This document shows positions 32,303 to 41,791 of a stretch of DNA of 64,000 nucleotides, piece after piece (the stretch's first letter is position 1; the number at the start of each line of letters is the position of its first letter). The notes under the pieces were generated by a model. That model saw only the letters and a program-made list of their open reading frames with translations, was not told where the DNA came from and did no database searches. A program made the translations under genes and the position numbers. The stretch comes from an uncultured delta proteobacterium. GTDB taxonomy: Bacteria > Myxococcota > Myxococcia > Myxococcales > Anaeromyxobacteraceae. Where the stretch lies: the NCBI GenBank assembly GCA_963766715.1, contig CAVYBH010000015.1, positions 1 to 64,000 on the forward strand, in the 5' to 3' direction.

Positions 32303-33059
32303 GGCTTCCTCCGGGTTGGGCCTCCTCGAGGACCTGGTCGACGAGCCGCTCCATGCTCTGGCGGTGGGAGCCGGCCCAGTAGACGCGCCCACAGGACGGG
32401 CAACGACGATACGCATCGTGGCGCTCGCGGACGCGCGGTGGGAGGCCTCCCGCGACGTCCTCCTTCCGGACCGCCTCGAGGAGCGCGTTGCAGCGAAGGC
32501 AGCGCGAGAACGGAGCGATGGAGCGAGCCAGGTCGAATCGGCGGACGACCTCCGGCAGCTGGCGCCGGGGTTCGAGCTCCCGCACGTAGTATCCGCGGGT
32601 CACCCTGCGACGCTTGAGCAGGCCCAGATTGCGGGTGAGGACGATCCGGTCCTGGGCCGCGGCGACCTGGGCGATCTCCTCGTCGCACGCATCCCGCTGC
32701 CAGGCCGTGTCGAGGCCGAGCATCCGGAGGTGGCGCGCGAGGCGTCCGAGGTGTCCGTCGGCCACGAAGCGGATCTCGCGGAGGGAAGCGGGCCGGACGC
32801 GGGCGACCGGCCCGACGTCGATGGAGCGGAAGACGGGATAGACGCTCACCCGAGCCCCGTCCCGGAGGATCCACGAGAAGTCCACGGGTTCGCCATCCGC
32901 GAGGAGGAGCTCGACCTCGGTGTGCGGGACGCCCAGCGACTCGACGACGTCCTTGACGGACGGGCCTCCCTGGAACTCGCAGGGGAAGGTCACGCCCCGA
33001 CGGGCCCGCGGGAGGAAGTCCCCCAGCTCCGCGTAGAACCGGAACTCGGCACGCTTCAC
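32280..33059 (-). CDS. Ubiquitin-like (Ub-Mut7C) plus Mut7-C RNase (PIN-fold) protein
   Basis: FRFYAELGDFL, SVKDVVESLGVPHTEV, FVADGHLGRLARHLRMLGLD, RIVLTR, RCLRCN, CPSCGRVYWAGSH. Confidence 0.92.
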   Translation of the reverse strand: MKRAEFRFYAELGDFLPRARRGVTFPCEFQGGPSVKDVVESLGVPHTEVELLLADGEPVDFSWILRDGARVSVYPVFRSIDVGPVARVRPASLREIRFVADGHLGRLARHLRMLGLDTAWQRDACDEEIAQVAAAQDRIVLTRNLGLLKRRRVTRGYYVRELEPRRQLPEVVRRFDLARSIAPFSRCLRCNALLEAVRKEDVAGGLPPRVRERHDAYRRCPSCGRVYWAGSHRQSMERLVDQVLEEAQPGGSHARRPSQ

Positions 33060-33232
33060 GCTGCGACCCCCCGTCTTCAGCCTCCACGGTACGCCCTCTC
33101 GAGGGCCTCGGATTGGCCCCTTCCGGAGTCATCCCAACGCCGCAACCCCGACGACCGGCGGACCGGCGGCTCCAGGACCGGTGCGGCGCCTTACCCTTCC
33201 GGTGGATGGGCAAGTGTCGCAGGGGGTGCGCC

Positions 33233-33688
33233 ATGGCCGTCTGGAAGCGGATTTGCTGCCCGGTGGATGACTCGAACGCGTCTCGCACCGCACTCGTCGA
33301 GGCCGCGGAGCTCGCCCGTCGCATCGACGGCGAGCTGACGGTCGTCCGCGTCACGGAGATCGAGCCGGCCGCGGTGACGTTCGATGCCCCGCCCGTGATC
33401 TCCCGCCAGGAGGCCGGCGAGGCCAGGCGAGAGCTGGACCGCTGGGTGGGGGACGCGGCTGCGATCGCTCCCGGACGGGTTCGCGGTGAGTTGCTCTCGG
33501 GCGAGCCGGCCACCGCGATTGTCCAGTTCCTCCGCAACGGACGGTTCGACCTGGTGGCCATGGGCACCCATGGCAGGAAGGGGGTCGAGCGCCTGGTGCT
33601 CGGATCCGTGACGGAGCGGGTCGTGCGGGAGGCGCCGTGCTCGGTGCTCGTGGTCCGCCCGGAGCGCTTCGACTCGGAACCCGACTGA
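33233..33688 (+). CDS. Universal stress protein (UspA family)
   Basis: KRICCPVD, DLVAMGTHGRKG..LGSVTERVVREAPCSVLVV. Confidence 0.92.
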   Translation: MAVWKRICCPVDDSNASRTALVEAAELARRIDGELTVVRVTEIEPAAVTFDAPPVISRQEAGEARRELDRWVGDAAAIAPGRVRGELLSGEPATAIVQFLRNGRFDLVAMGTHGRKGVERLVLGSVTERVVREAPCSVLVVRPERFDSEPD

Positions 33689-33709
33689 GCGCCTGGAGCG
33701 GCAGGCGGA

Positions 33710-34705
33710 TCAGGCCGCTGCGACCGTCACGACGACGTTTCCCCGCTTGTGCCCCGTGTCGACGTGGCGGTGGGCCTCGACCATCTCGTCGAACCGGTAG
33801 CGACGATCGATGACCGGCCTGTAGTGGCCGGCCTCGGCGAGGCTCGCCAGGAGACGCAGGTCCTCGACGCTCCAGCTCGCCACGCCTCCGATGATCTTCT
33901 TCGTCGACGTGAGTGACACCCAGGGAGCCCGAAGCATCTCGGGGAGCGTACCGAGGACCACGAGCAGCCGCCCCCCTTCGGTGAGCGAGCCCTCGCAGCG
34001 GGAGAACGGCGCGGTGCCGGCCGTGTCGACGATGACGTCGTAGCGCTCGCCGTTCCTCGTGAAGTCCTCCTTCGCGTAGTCGATCGCCCGATCGGCACCG
34101 ATGGACCGCACCAGCTCGAGGTTGGCTGCGCTGCACACGCCGGTCACGTGTGCCCCGAGGTGCCGGGCGAGCTGCACCGCGGCGGTCCCCACGCCGCCCG
34201 AGGCGCCGACGACCAGCACCTTCTCTCCGCGCTTCAGCTTCGCCTTCCGGAAGAAGCTGAGCGCGGTCGTGCCGCCGAAGGAAAGGGCCGCCGCCTCCTC
34301 GTGGCTCAGGTTGGCCGGCTTGATCGCCACGGCCTCGTCTTTCCGCCCGTGCCCCTCCTCGGGGAGGCACCGGTACTCGACGTGGCAGCCCATGCGCGTG
34401 CCGGTGAAGCCGAAGACCGGGTCGCCCACCTGGAACCGGGTGACGGCTTCCCCGACCGCCTCGATCTCCCCGGAAAGTTCCGCTCCGAGGATTGGCTGTC
34501 GTGGCCTGGAGAAGCCCAGGGCGAGTCGCGAGAGGAGCCCGAATCCTCTCGGGAGCTCGAGGCTGCGAACCCGCCAATCGCCCGCCGTGACCGTCGTCGC
34601 ATGGATCCGGACGAGGACCTCGTGGCCCCCGGGAACGGGCTTGGGGAGCTCTCTCGACTGCAGGACCTCGGGAGGCCCGAACCTGTCGTACGTGTAGGCC
34701 CTCAT
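33710..34705 (-). CDS. Zinc-independent MDR oxidoreductase (quinone oxidoreductase / alcohol dehydrogenase-like)
   Basis: FGPPEVL, GASGGVGTAAVQLA, PVIDRRY, GHKRGNVV. Confidence 0.9.
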   Translation of the reverse strand: MRAYTYDRFGPPEVLQSRELPKPVPGGHEVLVRIHATTVTAGDWRVRSLELPRGFGLLSRLALGFSRPRQPILGAELSGEIEAVGEAVTRFQVGDPVFGFTGTRMGCHVEYRCLPEEGHGRKDEAVAIKPANLSHEEAAALSFGGTTALSFFRKAKLKRGEKVLVVGASGGVGTAAVQLARHLGAHVTGVCSAANLELVRSIGADRAIDYAKEDFTRNGERYDVIVDTAGTAPFSRCEGSLTEGGRLLVVLGTLPEMLRAPWVSLTSTKKIIGGVASWSVEDLRLLASLAEAGHYRPVIDRRYRFDEMVEAHRHVDTGHKRGNVVVTVAAA

Positions 34706-35163
34706 GTTCTAGGCCCTCCCGTTCGCGACTGGCTGCTTCGGGACTGGGCCGGCCACGACAGGGTGAGGAGCAGCGCGCTCTCCGTCGGCGCTTGGACGCC
34801 GAAACCGGTGCCACCCTCGAGCGTCACGAGGTGCCCGGCCGGGATGTCGGTCAGGCCCTCGGGGAGCCGAAGCTCCAGGTGCCCGCGAAGGACGTGCAAG
34901 GAGATCCGGGCATCCGTGCTCGTCTCCGCGAGGCTTCCTCCCGCCCGGAAGAAGAGGAGGACCACGCGGAGGTCCGGGTACTTGACCAGGGTCACCGCGC
35001 TGTGACCCTCGACCTCGAGGGCCACGTCCCGGCGAAGCTCGCGCTCCATGGCCGGAAGGTCGAAGCGACCGACGCGGTCCTGCAGGTGATCCAGATGGGC
35101 CCGGACGACACCGGGCGCCGGCCGGACGAACCACACCCCACTCTCGGCCTGGGTCCTTGCCAT
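34702..35163 (-). CDS. Cupin-fold protein
   Basis: AVTLVKYPDLRVVL, ISLHVLRG, SALLLTLSW; metal His residues appear lost. ATGA overlap with the next gene. Confidence 0.65.
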   Translation of the reverse strand: MARTQAESGVWFVRPAPGVVRAHLDHLQDRVGRFDLPAMERELRRDVALEVEGHSAVTLVKYPDLRVVLLFFRAGGSLAETSTDARISLHVLRGHLELRLPEGLTDIPAGHLVTLEGGTGFGVQAPTESALLLTLSWPAQSRSSQSRTGGPRT

Positions 35164-35241
35164 GTGCGTTCTCCTCGCGCCATCCATAGCGCTGGGGATC
35201 GCGCGCTGCAGCGGACGCGGGGTAATCGATCGTTCGGTGGA

Positions 35242-35628
35242 TCAGCCCCCCATCGCCTTCAACATGTGGTCCATCACGAGCGTATGCTCCTGCACGGGGC
35301 TGAACAGGATGACCTCGGCGTCCTTCACGACCCGCACGCTATGTCCGGGCGGCCAGTGGAAGAGGTCGCTCTCCTTGCAGGTCTCGACCTTGCCGTCGGT
35401 GTACGTGACCACCAGCTCCCCGGACAGCATGTAGCCCCAGTGCGGCGCCTGGCAGGCGTCGCCCTGGAGCCCCTTCAGGAGCGGCTGGATGTCGGTACCG
35501 GCGCCGAGGGAGAACCATTCGCCCCCCATCTTGCCGAAGCCCGTCGCATCTCCGAAGCCGGCGAGCTGGCGCGCCACGGCGCCCGGGACGTCGATCTTGG
35601 CGGGAATCCCGTCCTTGGAAACCTTCAT
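35242..35628 (-). CDS. Cupin domain protein
   Basis: MKVSKDGIP..., PLLKGL, CQAPHWGYMLSG, FHWPPGH, FSP. ATGA overlap with the methyltransferase. Confidence 0.8.
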   Translation of the reverse strand: MKVSKDGIPAKIDVPGAVARQLAGFGDATGFGKMGGEWFSLGAGTDIQPLLKGLQGDACQAPHWGYMLSGELVVTYTDGKVETCKESDLFHWPPGHSVRVVKDAEVILFSPVQEHTLVMDHMLKAMGG

Positions 35629-36482
35629 GCTGGCCTCCCTCGGACGAGGACCACTTCGAGGTACTCGCCGGGCACGACCATCGTCGAGTCGCCCGAACGG
35701 TTGAACTGCCCGATCAGCTCCAGGAGGTCGCGCGTCAGGGCTCCCTGCCCCGCCGTGTCGAGCGCGGCAAAGGCCTTGAGCATCGGTCCGTAGTAGGTCC
35801 GGAAGACGTCCAGCCAGTGCTCCGGCGAACGGTAGCGAAAGACGAAGTACCGGACCTTCGCCTCGATGGCGCTCGCGTGCGCGGCGAACAGTTCCCCGAT
35901 CCGCTCGCGCTTGCCCCAGAGGGCAGGCGACCGGAGCCCGGCGGCCGGTGGCACGTACCTGCCGATGGTCCGGAAGAGCTGGCCGATGAATCCTTCCGGC
36001 GTCCAGCTGGCGAGGCCGATCTTCCCCCCGGGGGCGCAGACGCGGACGAGCTCTGCCGCCGCCTGCTCCTGGTTCGGGGTGAACATGACCCCGAAGGTCG
36101 ACAGGACGGCGTCGAAGGCGCCGTCCGGGAAGGGCAACGCCTCGGCGTCGGCCTCGCGGAAGGAGACGTCCAGGCGGTCGGCACCTGCCCTCTGGCCCGC
36201 GCGCGCGAGGAGAGCGGGAACGTAGTCGGTCGCGGTGACCTGGCACCACCGGCGGGCGGCCGCGAGCGATGCGTTGCCGTTGCCGGCAGCGACGTCGAGC
36301 ACCTTCTGGCCTGCGCGGAGGTCGAGGGCCTCGCAGAGCTCCTCCCCGACGATCTGCAGGGTGGTACCGACGACCGCGTAGTCTCCGGACGACCAGGCTG
36401 CCCGCTGGCGGTCCTTGATCTGGCCGAGGTCGGGGATGGCGGGGGGTGGCGATTGAACCGGCGTGGCGAGGGTCTTATCCAT
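35625..36482 (-). CDS. Class I SAM-dependent methyltransferase (UbiE-like)
   Basis: WSSGDY, VLDVAAGNGN, ADAEALPF, STFGVMF, WTPEGF, YLEVV. Confidence 0.92.
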   Translation of the reverse strand: MDKTLATPVQSPPPAIPDLGQIKDRQRAAWSSGDYAVVGTTLQIVGEELCEALDLRAGQKVLDVAAGNGNASLAAARRWCQVTATDYVPALLARAGQRAGADRLDVSFREADAEALPFPDGAFDAVLSTFGVMFTPNQEQAAAELVRVCAPGGKIGLASWTPEGFIGQLFRTIGRYVPPAAGLRSPALWGKRERIGELFAAHASAIEAKVRYFVFRYRSPEHWLDVFRTYYGPMLKAFAALDTAGQGALTRDLLELIGQFNRSGDSTMVVPGEYLEVVLVRGRPA

Positions 36483-36515
36483 GGCGTTACCTCCACCCGA
36501 AGCCTAGGGAGGAGG

Positions 36516-36558
36516 CGTGGTCGCCAACGTGGAAGCCAGCGTGGAAATGCGCGTGGAA
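36516..36558. promoter_or_regulatory. Four direct repeats CGTGG(AA) with 12-bp period, putative operator
   Basis: CGTGGTC 36516, CGTGGAA 36528, CGTGGAA 36540, CGTGGAA 36552, at the junction of the divergent methyltransferase and regulator genes. Confidence 0.55.
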
Positions 36559-38564
36559 TCGGATGCCCCGCCCCGCCCGGCCGAGGACTGCCGGCTGCGC
36601 GTCCGGATGCTCGGCTCGCTGGAGCTCCGGAGGGACGGCACCATCCTGCCCCTGCCCGCATCGCGGAAGGTGAAGGCCCTCCTCGCCTACCTGGCCCTGG
36701 CGCCGCGCGGATCCCCCGGAGCCAGCTCTGCGAGCTTCTCTGGGACGTCCCGAACGATCCTCGCGGCGAGCTGCGCTGGTGCCTGAGCAAGATCCGGCGC
36801 CTCGTCGACGACGCGGATCGGCAGCGCCTCCTGGCCCGGGAGGACGCGGTGCAGCTGGACCTCGCGGGGTGCTTCGTCGACGCCGCCCAGATCCAGCGCG
36901 CCATGAAGGACGGCGCGGCGCCGCTCGACCCCGGCGAGGCGGCGGCGCTCGAGGCGCTGTTCGGCGGCGAGCTGCTCGAGGGTCTCGAGATGGAGCGCAG
37001 CCCTGCCTGCGCGGCGTGGCTGGCCGGACAGCGGCGACGCTTTCACGGCGCGCACGTGGCGCTCGTGGAACGGCTGGCGACGCAGGCAACCGGCGAGGAG
37101 GCCTTCCGATACCTGGAAAGGTGGCTCGAGCTCGAACCCTTCGACCGCCGCGCCCACGAGCTTCTCCTGGGCGCGCTCGCCCGGAGCGGCCGCATCCGGG
37201 AGGGTGAAGCGCATCTCCACGCCGCCGCCCGGCGGTTCGAGGAAGAGGGGCTCGACGCCGGCTTCATCCGCCGCGCGTGGCAATCGTTCCACGAGGGTCA
37301 GGTGGGCCCGGCGCTGGACGTGGCCCGCGCGCCCGAGGTGGCCGACCCGGGAGAAGACCGGGGCCACCTGAGCGCCCCTGCCCGACGGGCCTCCGTCGCC
37401 GTGATGCCTTTCCAGGAGTGGAACGACGGCGCCGATCGCCCCGGGTGGGCCGGCGCGCTCGCCCACGACGTGATCGTCCGCCTCGCCAAGCTGCGAAGCC
37501 TGTTCGTCATCGCCGAGGGCACGGTGTTCGCGTTGAAGGAGCGGCAGCTCTCCCCGGAGGCGTCCGGGCGCATGCTGAACGTCGACTACCTGGTCGCCGG
37601 GTCGATCCGGGTGCAGGGGAGCCGCCTGCTCGTCGAGGTCCAGCTGGACGAGACCCGGACCGCACGACTCGTCTGGAGCGAGCGCTTCGACCAGCCCCGG
37701 GACGAGGCCTTCGACGTGATCGAGGAGATCGGCAACCGGATCGTCGCCTCGATTGCCAGCGAGATCGAGGCCAACGAGCGAAACCGCGCGATCCTGAAGC
37801 CCCCGAGCTCGCTGGACGCGTGGGAGGCCTACCACCGTGGCCTGTGGCACATGTACCGCTTCACGAAGGCCGACAACGAGGCCGCACAGCGTTTCCTCGA
37901 GCAGGCGGTGTCCCTCGACCCGACCTTCTCCCGGGCCCACGCGGGCCTGTCCTTCACGCACTGGCAGAACGCCTTCCAGGGCTGGGCGGACCGCGAGCCG
38001 GAGATCGCCCGCGCGCTCGAGTCAGCCCGCCGGGGCATGCTGGTCGACGACCGCGACCCCGCCGTGCACTGGGCGCAGGGGCGTGCGCTCTGGCTTCGCG
38101 GCCTTCACGACCAGTCGGTCCTCGAGCTCCAGCAGGCCGTCGACCTCAGCCCGAACTTCGCCCAGGGCCACTACTCCCTGGCGTTCGTGCAGGCGCAGGC
38201 CGGCGATCCCCTGGCGGCCATCGCCGCGGCGGATCGCTCGCGCAGCCTGAGCCCCTTCGACCCGCTGCTCTTCGGGATGCTCGGCGCCCGCGCCATCGCG
38301 CTCGTGCGCCTGGGCCGGTATCCGGAGGCAGCCGAGGCCGCGACGCGGGCCGCGGCCCGCCCCAACGCGCACGCCCATATCTTCGCCGTCGCGGCCTTCA
38401 GCCTCGCCCTCCACGGGGCTCTCGAGGAAGCGCGCGCCCATGCGGCCGCGGCCTGGAGGCTTCTCCCCGGGTACAGGTTTGCCCACTTCCGCAACGCCTT
38501 CCGGCTCGATCAGGAAGGCGGGGCCCGTTTCGCGGAGGGTGCGCGCCGGATCGGGATGGCCTGA
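36547..38564 (+). CDS. SARP/BTAD-family transcriptional regulator with TolB-like and TPR domains (frameshift near 36715; start uncertain, 36517 possible)
   Basis: LRVRMLGSL, SRKVKALLAYLAL, RSQLCELLW, LRWCLSKIR, BTAD region, SVAVMPF, LDAWEAYHRG, TPR helices. Confidence 0.85.
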
Positions 38565-38567
38565 CGC

Positions 38568-39398
38568 ATGGCGCTCTTGCGGGAGGGGCGGGATCAGGAC
38601 GCCGTGATGGAGCGGAGCGTCGTCCTCGATGCCATGGGCGTCGCACACGAGGTCCAGCCGACGCCTGACGGGGGCTGGGCGCTCCTCGTCGAAGACGTGG
38701 ACGCCCCCGCCGCGGAGGCGGCCATCTCCGCCTGGGAAGCCGAGAACCCGCCGCGGCCCGCCCCGGTCGCGAGGCCGGACCCCGGGGGGTCGCTCGCCGG
38801 CGCGGTCGCGGGGCTGGCGATCCTCGCCTTCGCCGCGCTGGCCGGACTGGGCCCGGCGGGAAGCCTTTTCGCGCGGGGGAACGCCGACGCGGCGCGCATG
38901 CTCCAGGGCGAGTGGTGGCGCGCTGCGACCGCGCTCACGCTGCACGCCGACCTCGCCCACGTCGCCGCCAACGCCGTGGCGCTCGGCATCTTCCTCGGCG
39001 CGGTCGCGCGCCGGCTCGGCCCTGCCCTCGCCACCTGGCTGGCGCTCGCCGCCGGCGTCCTGGGGAACGTGCTCACGGCGCTCGTCCTGCGCGGCGGCCA
39101 CGTGTCCATCGGCGCCTCGACGGCGGTGTTCGGCGCGCTCGGCACGCTGAGCGCGCTCCAGGTGCCCCACCGGAGCGCCTGGCTCACGCTGGGCGCCGGA
39201 GCGGCCCTGCTCGGGCTCCTCGGCACCGGCGAGCGGGCCGACCTCCTGGCGCACCTCCTCGGATTCGCCGTCGGCGTGGTGGAGGGGCTGGCCTTTCGCC
39301 GGATGACCCCGCCGCCACGCTCGCTGCTCCAGCCGGCCATCGCGCTCCTGGCCGTCGCGCCCATCGCGTTCGCCTGGTGGCGAGCGCTCGCCCCGTGA
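38568..39398 (+). CDS. Rhomboid family intramembrane serine protease
   Basis: GEWWR, LHADLAHVAAN, catalytic SIGASTAVFG, AHLLG. Confidence 0.9.
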   Translation: MALLREGRDQDAVMERSVVLDAMGVAHEVQPTPDGGWALLVEDVDAPAAEAAISAWEAENPPRPAPVARPDPGGSLAGAVAGLAILAFAALAGLGPAGSLFARGNADAARMLQGEWWRAATALTLHADLAHVAANAVALGIFLGAVARRLGPALATWLALAAGVLGNVLTALVLRGGHVSIGASTAVFGALGTLSALQVPHRSAWLTLGAGAALLGLLGTGERADLLAHLLGFAVGVVEGLAFRRMTPPPRSLLQPAIALLAVAPIAFAWWRALAP

Positions 39399-39408
39399 GC
39401 TCGGCCCC

Positions 39409-39903
39409 TCAGGAGAGGACGGCGAGCTCCGGCCCGGCCGTCCGGGCGAACACCGGGAGGATGGGCTTGGAGAGCTGTGCGGCGCGACCGCCGCGGATGT
39501 AGCTCTCCAGCGAGTCGATCGACCACTGCTTCTCCTCCACCACCATCTTGACGAGGTCGAGCAGGGAGAGGATCCCGACGATCTCGCCACCCTCCACCAC
39601 CGCGAGGTGGCGGGTGTGGTGGGTCCGCATCATCTCGGCCGCCTCGCTCTCCGTGGCGCAGCAGGAGACGACCGCCGGGCAAGCCGGCATCGCCTTCAGG
39701 ATCGGGGTCGCCGCGGCGTTCCCGCCCTGGCTGGTGATGGCGAGCAGGTCGCGCTCGGTCACGATTCCCAGGAGCTTTCCGTCCTGGCGCACGCCCACGG
39801 CCCCGATACCGCGTTCGGCCATGAGGCGGGCGGCCTCGGCGCAGGTGGCGCCCAGGTCCAGGGAGACGACGGAGCGGACGACGTGGTTCGCGATGCAGGC
39901 CAT
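39409..39903 (-). CDS. CBS-domain pair protein
   Basis: AARLMAERGIGAV, GIVTERD, HTRHLAVV, GILSLLDLV, LESYI. Confidence 0.9.
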   Translation of the reverse strand: MACIANHVVRSVVSLDLGATCAEAARLMAERGIGAVGVRQDGKLLGIVTERDLLAITSQGGNAAATPILKAMPACPAVVSCCATESEAAEMMRTHHTRHLAVVEGGEIVGILSLLDLVKMVVEEKQWSIDSLESYIRGGRAAQLSKPILPVFARTAGPELAVLS

Positions 39904-39996
39904 GGGTTCTCTCTCCTCGGGCCGGAGCGAAATGCCGGCGCGAGAGGCATCCTGCACCTGGACCGTCCGGAGCACATCGCGGGAGATCGGATGCGT

Positions 39997-40014
39997 CATC
40001 CATTTTTCTGATGG
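39997..40014. promoter_or_regulatory. Putative LysR-type binding site
   Basis: CATC-N9-GATG dyad (T-N11-A) with an AT-rich core, between the divergent CBS and LysR genes. Confidence 0.5.
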
Positions 40015-40053
40015 CTCGTCTTCATCGCATGGCATTGCTGTTATGGTCTGGCC

Positions 40054-40957
40054 ATGGGACGGATCGATCCGAGAAAGCTCGAGACCTTCCGCGTCGTCGC
40101 GCAGGCGCGCAAGGTGTCGACCGCCGCGAAGCTCCTCCACCTCTCCCAGCCGGCGGTCACGGCGCAGGTCCGCGCGCTGGAGGAGGAGTGCGGCCAGACG
40201 CTGCTCCTTCGCTCCTCGCGCGGGGTCACGCCCACCGACTGGGGCCTTCGCCTGCTCGAGGCGGCGAGGGACGTCCACGGCCTGCTCGAGACGCTCGAGA
40301 CGGACATGCGCGGCGAGCCCGCGATCGAGGAGGAGGTGGTGGTGGGCGCCTCGATGAACTCCGCCGCCTACGTCCTGCCGCCGCTCGTCGCGGGGTACCG
40401 GGCTCTCCACGCCCGCGTGCGCTTCCGGGTGCAGGTGAGCAACACGGCCAAGGTGCTCGAATGGGTCGCCGACCAGCGGGTGGCTCTCGGGCTCGTCGAG
40501 GCGCGGCAGCGCTCCCCGCGCGCCCACCTCGAGCGCTACCTCGACGACGAGGTCGTCGCGGTCGCAGCGACCTCCGCCCGCGACCTGTGCCGGGTGGCGC
40601 GCGCGGCGGACCTCGCGCACGTTCCGGTGCTCCTGCGGGAGCCGGGCTCCCACACCCGCGCCCTGGCGGAGGACGCCATCGCCAAGGCCACGGGGGGCAA
40701 GGTCGTCCTGCGCCCGGAGCTGGTGTTCGGGTCGAACCAGTCCATCAAGATGGCGGCGGTGGCGGGGCTCGGCGTCGCGTTCGTGTCGCGCTGGGCCGCG
40801 CAGGACCAGGTCGTCGCCGGTTCGCTCAAGAATCCTGCCGCTGCGGGACGTCCGCATGGTCCGCGCCTTCTCGTGGGCCACGGCCTCGCGCGAGCTGCAC
40901 AGCGGGGCGGGGCGATTCCTGGCCTGGGCGCGCCGGAACCCGCCGCCGAGGCCCTAG
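40054..40957 (+). CDS. LysR family transcriptional regulator, CysL/YeiE-like (frameshift near 40830)
   Basis: HTH AAKLLHLSQPAVTAQVRALEE; SNT, LGLVE, REPGSHTR, SNQSIKMAAVAGLG. Confidence 0.9.
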
Positions 40958-41100
40958 GGGGCGCCGGGCGAGCGCACTCCGGGTCACGGCGCCGCACCCA
41001 CCCCGGAAGTCTTCGTGATGTCCGAGCGGGGGCGGCTGACGGCTTCCCGGAAGCCCGCGACGTAGACCTAGGTTGGACCCGCCCGTTGCGCGAACCTGGC

Positions 41101-41751
41101 CTAGCGTCTCCCCTGGGCCACCATCACGAGGTTGACGGCCACGGTCTCGACGTAGGTCGCGAGCAGGTGGTCCCCGACCTTGAGATTCTCCAGGCGGATC
41201 GTGGGGCCAGCCTTCACCTCGTAGACGTTGCCGCCCGGCTCCTGGAACGTGACCAGCCGCGCGGCCGGGTCAATCGCGGTGACGGTCACGGTGCCCTGGA
41301 CGCCCGCCGATTCGGAGACGCCGGGAGCCTGGTCCCGGTCGGTGCGATTGAGCGTCACGCCGGACTCCATCGGCACCGCCTTCGTGCCAGGGGCCTGGTA
41401 CTCGAGCTCGAGCGTCTGCTGGTAGTCGACGCGGATGACGTCGCCCACGGCGAACTCGGAGAGCCGGGCGACGTCGGGCGCCACCTGGATCGTCTGGGTC
41501 TGGCCCGACCGGCGCTTCAGGGTGAGGGTGCGGCTGGGCACGTTCAGGGCCACGATGGTGGCGGTGTCGGTCGCCAGGCGCGACGCGGTCGCCTTCCCGG
41601 GCGCACCCGTGCGGTTCACCTCGATCGAGCCCGCCTCGGGAGCGGGGGGCCTCTCGACGGGGAGCGGCATCTGAGGCAGCGGGCCCGGGGACTGGGCGCC
41701 AGCGGCGGACGCGGCGAGTGCGACGAGCGACGAGAAGAGCAGCTTCCTCAT
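41101..41751 (-). CDS. Exported protein with two OB-fold-like repeats
   Basis: Signal peptide; ATIVALNVPSRTLTL...FAVGDVIRVDY and VTVTAIDPAARLVTF...LKVGDHLLATY. Confidence 0.7.
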   Translation of the reverse strand: MRKLLFSSLVALAASAAGAQSPGPLPQMPLPVERPPAPEAGSIEVNRTGAPGKATASRLATDTATIVALNVPSRTLTLKRRSGQTQTIQVAPDVARLSEFAVGDVIRVDYQQTLELEYQAPGTKAVPMESGVTLNRTDRDQAPGVSESAGVQGTVTVTAIDPAARLVTFQEPGGNVYEVKAGPTIRLENLKVGDHLLATYVETVAVNLVMVAQGRR

Positions 41752-41791
41752 GGTGGATCTCCCTGCGAGCCGTCGAGGCGTCGCCTGTGGA

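Noticed and set aside
29608..32382. 924-aa plus-strand ORF, and similar long ORFs such as 17756..20587, 26118..28448, 4345..6735 and 59326..61077
   Set aside because: These are antisense or off-frame shadows of well-supported genes. Stop codons are rare at this GC content, and the translations have no motifs.
35817..36700. N-terminal 300 aa of the 915-aa ORF as part of the regulator
   Set aside because: It is antisense to the methyltransferase. The regulator's real N-terminus is in another frame, from ~36547.
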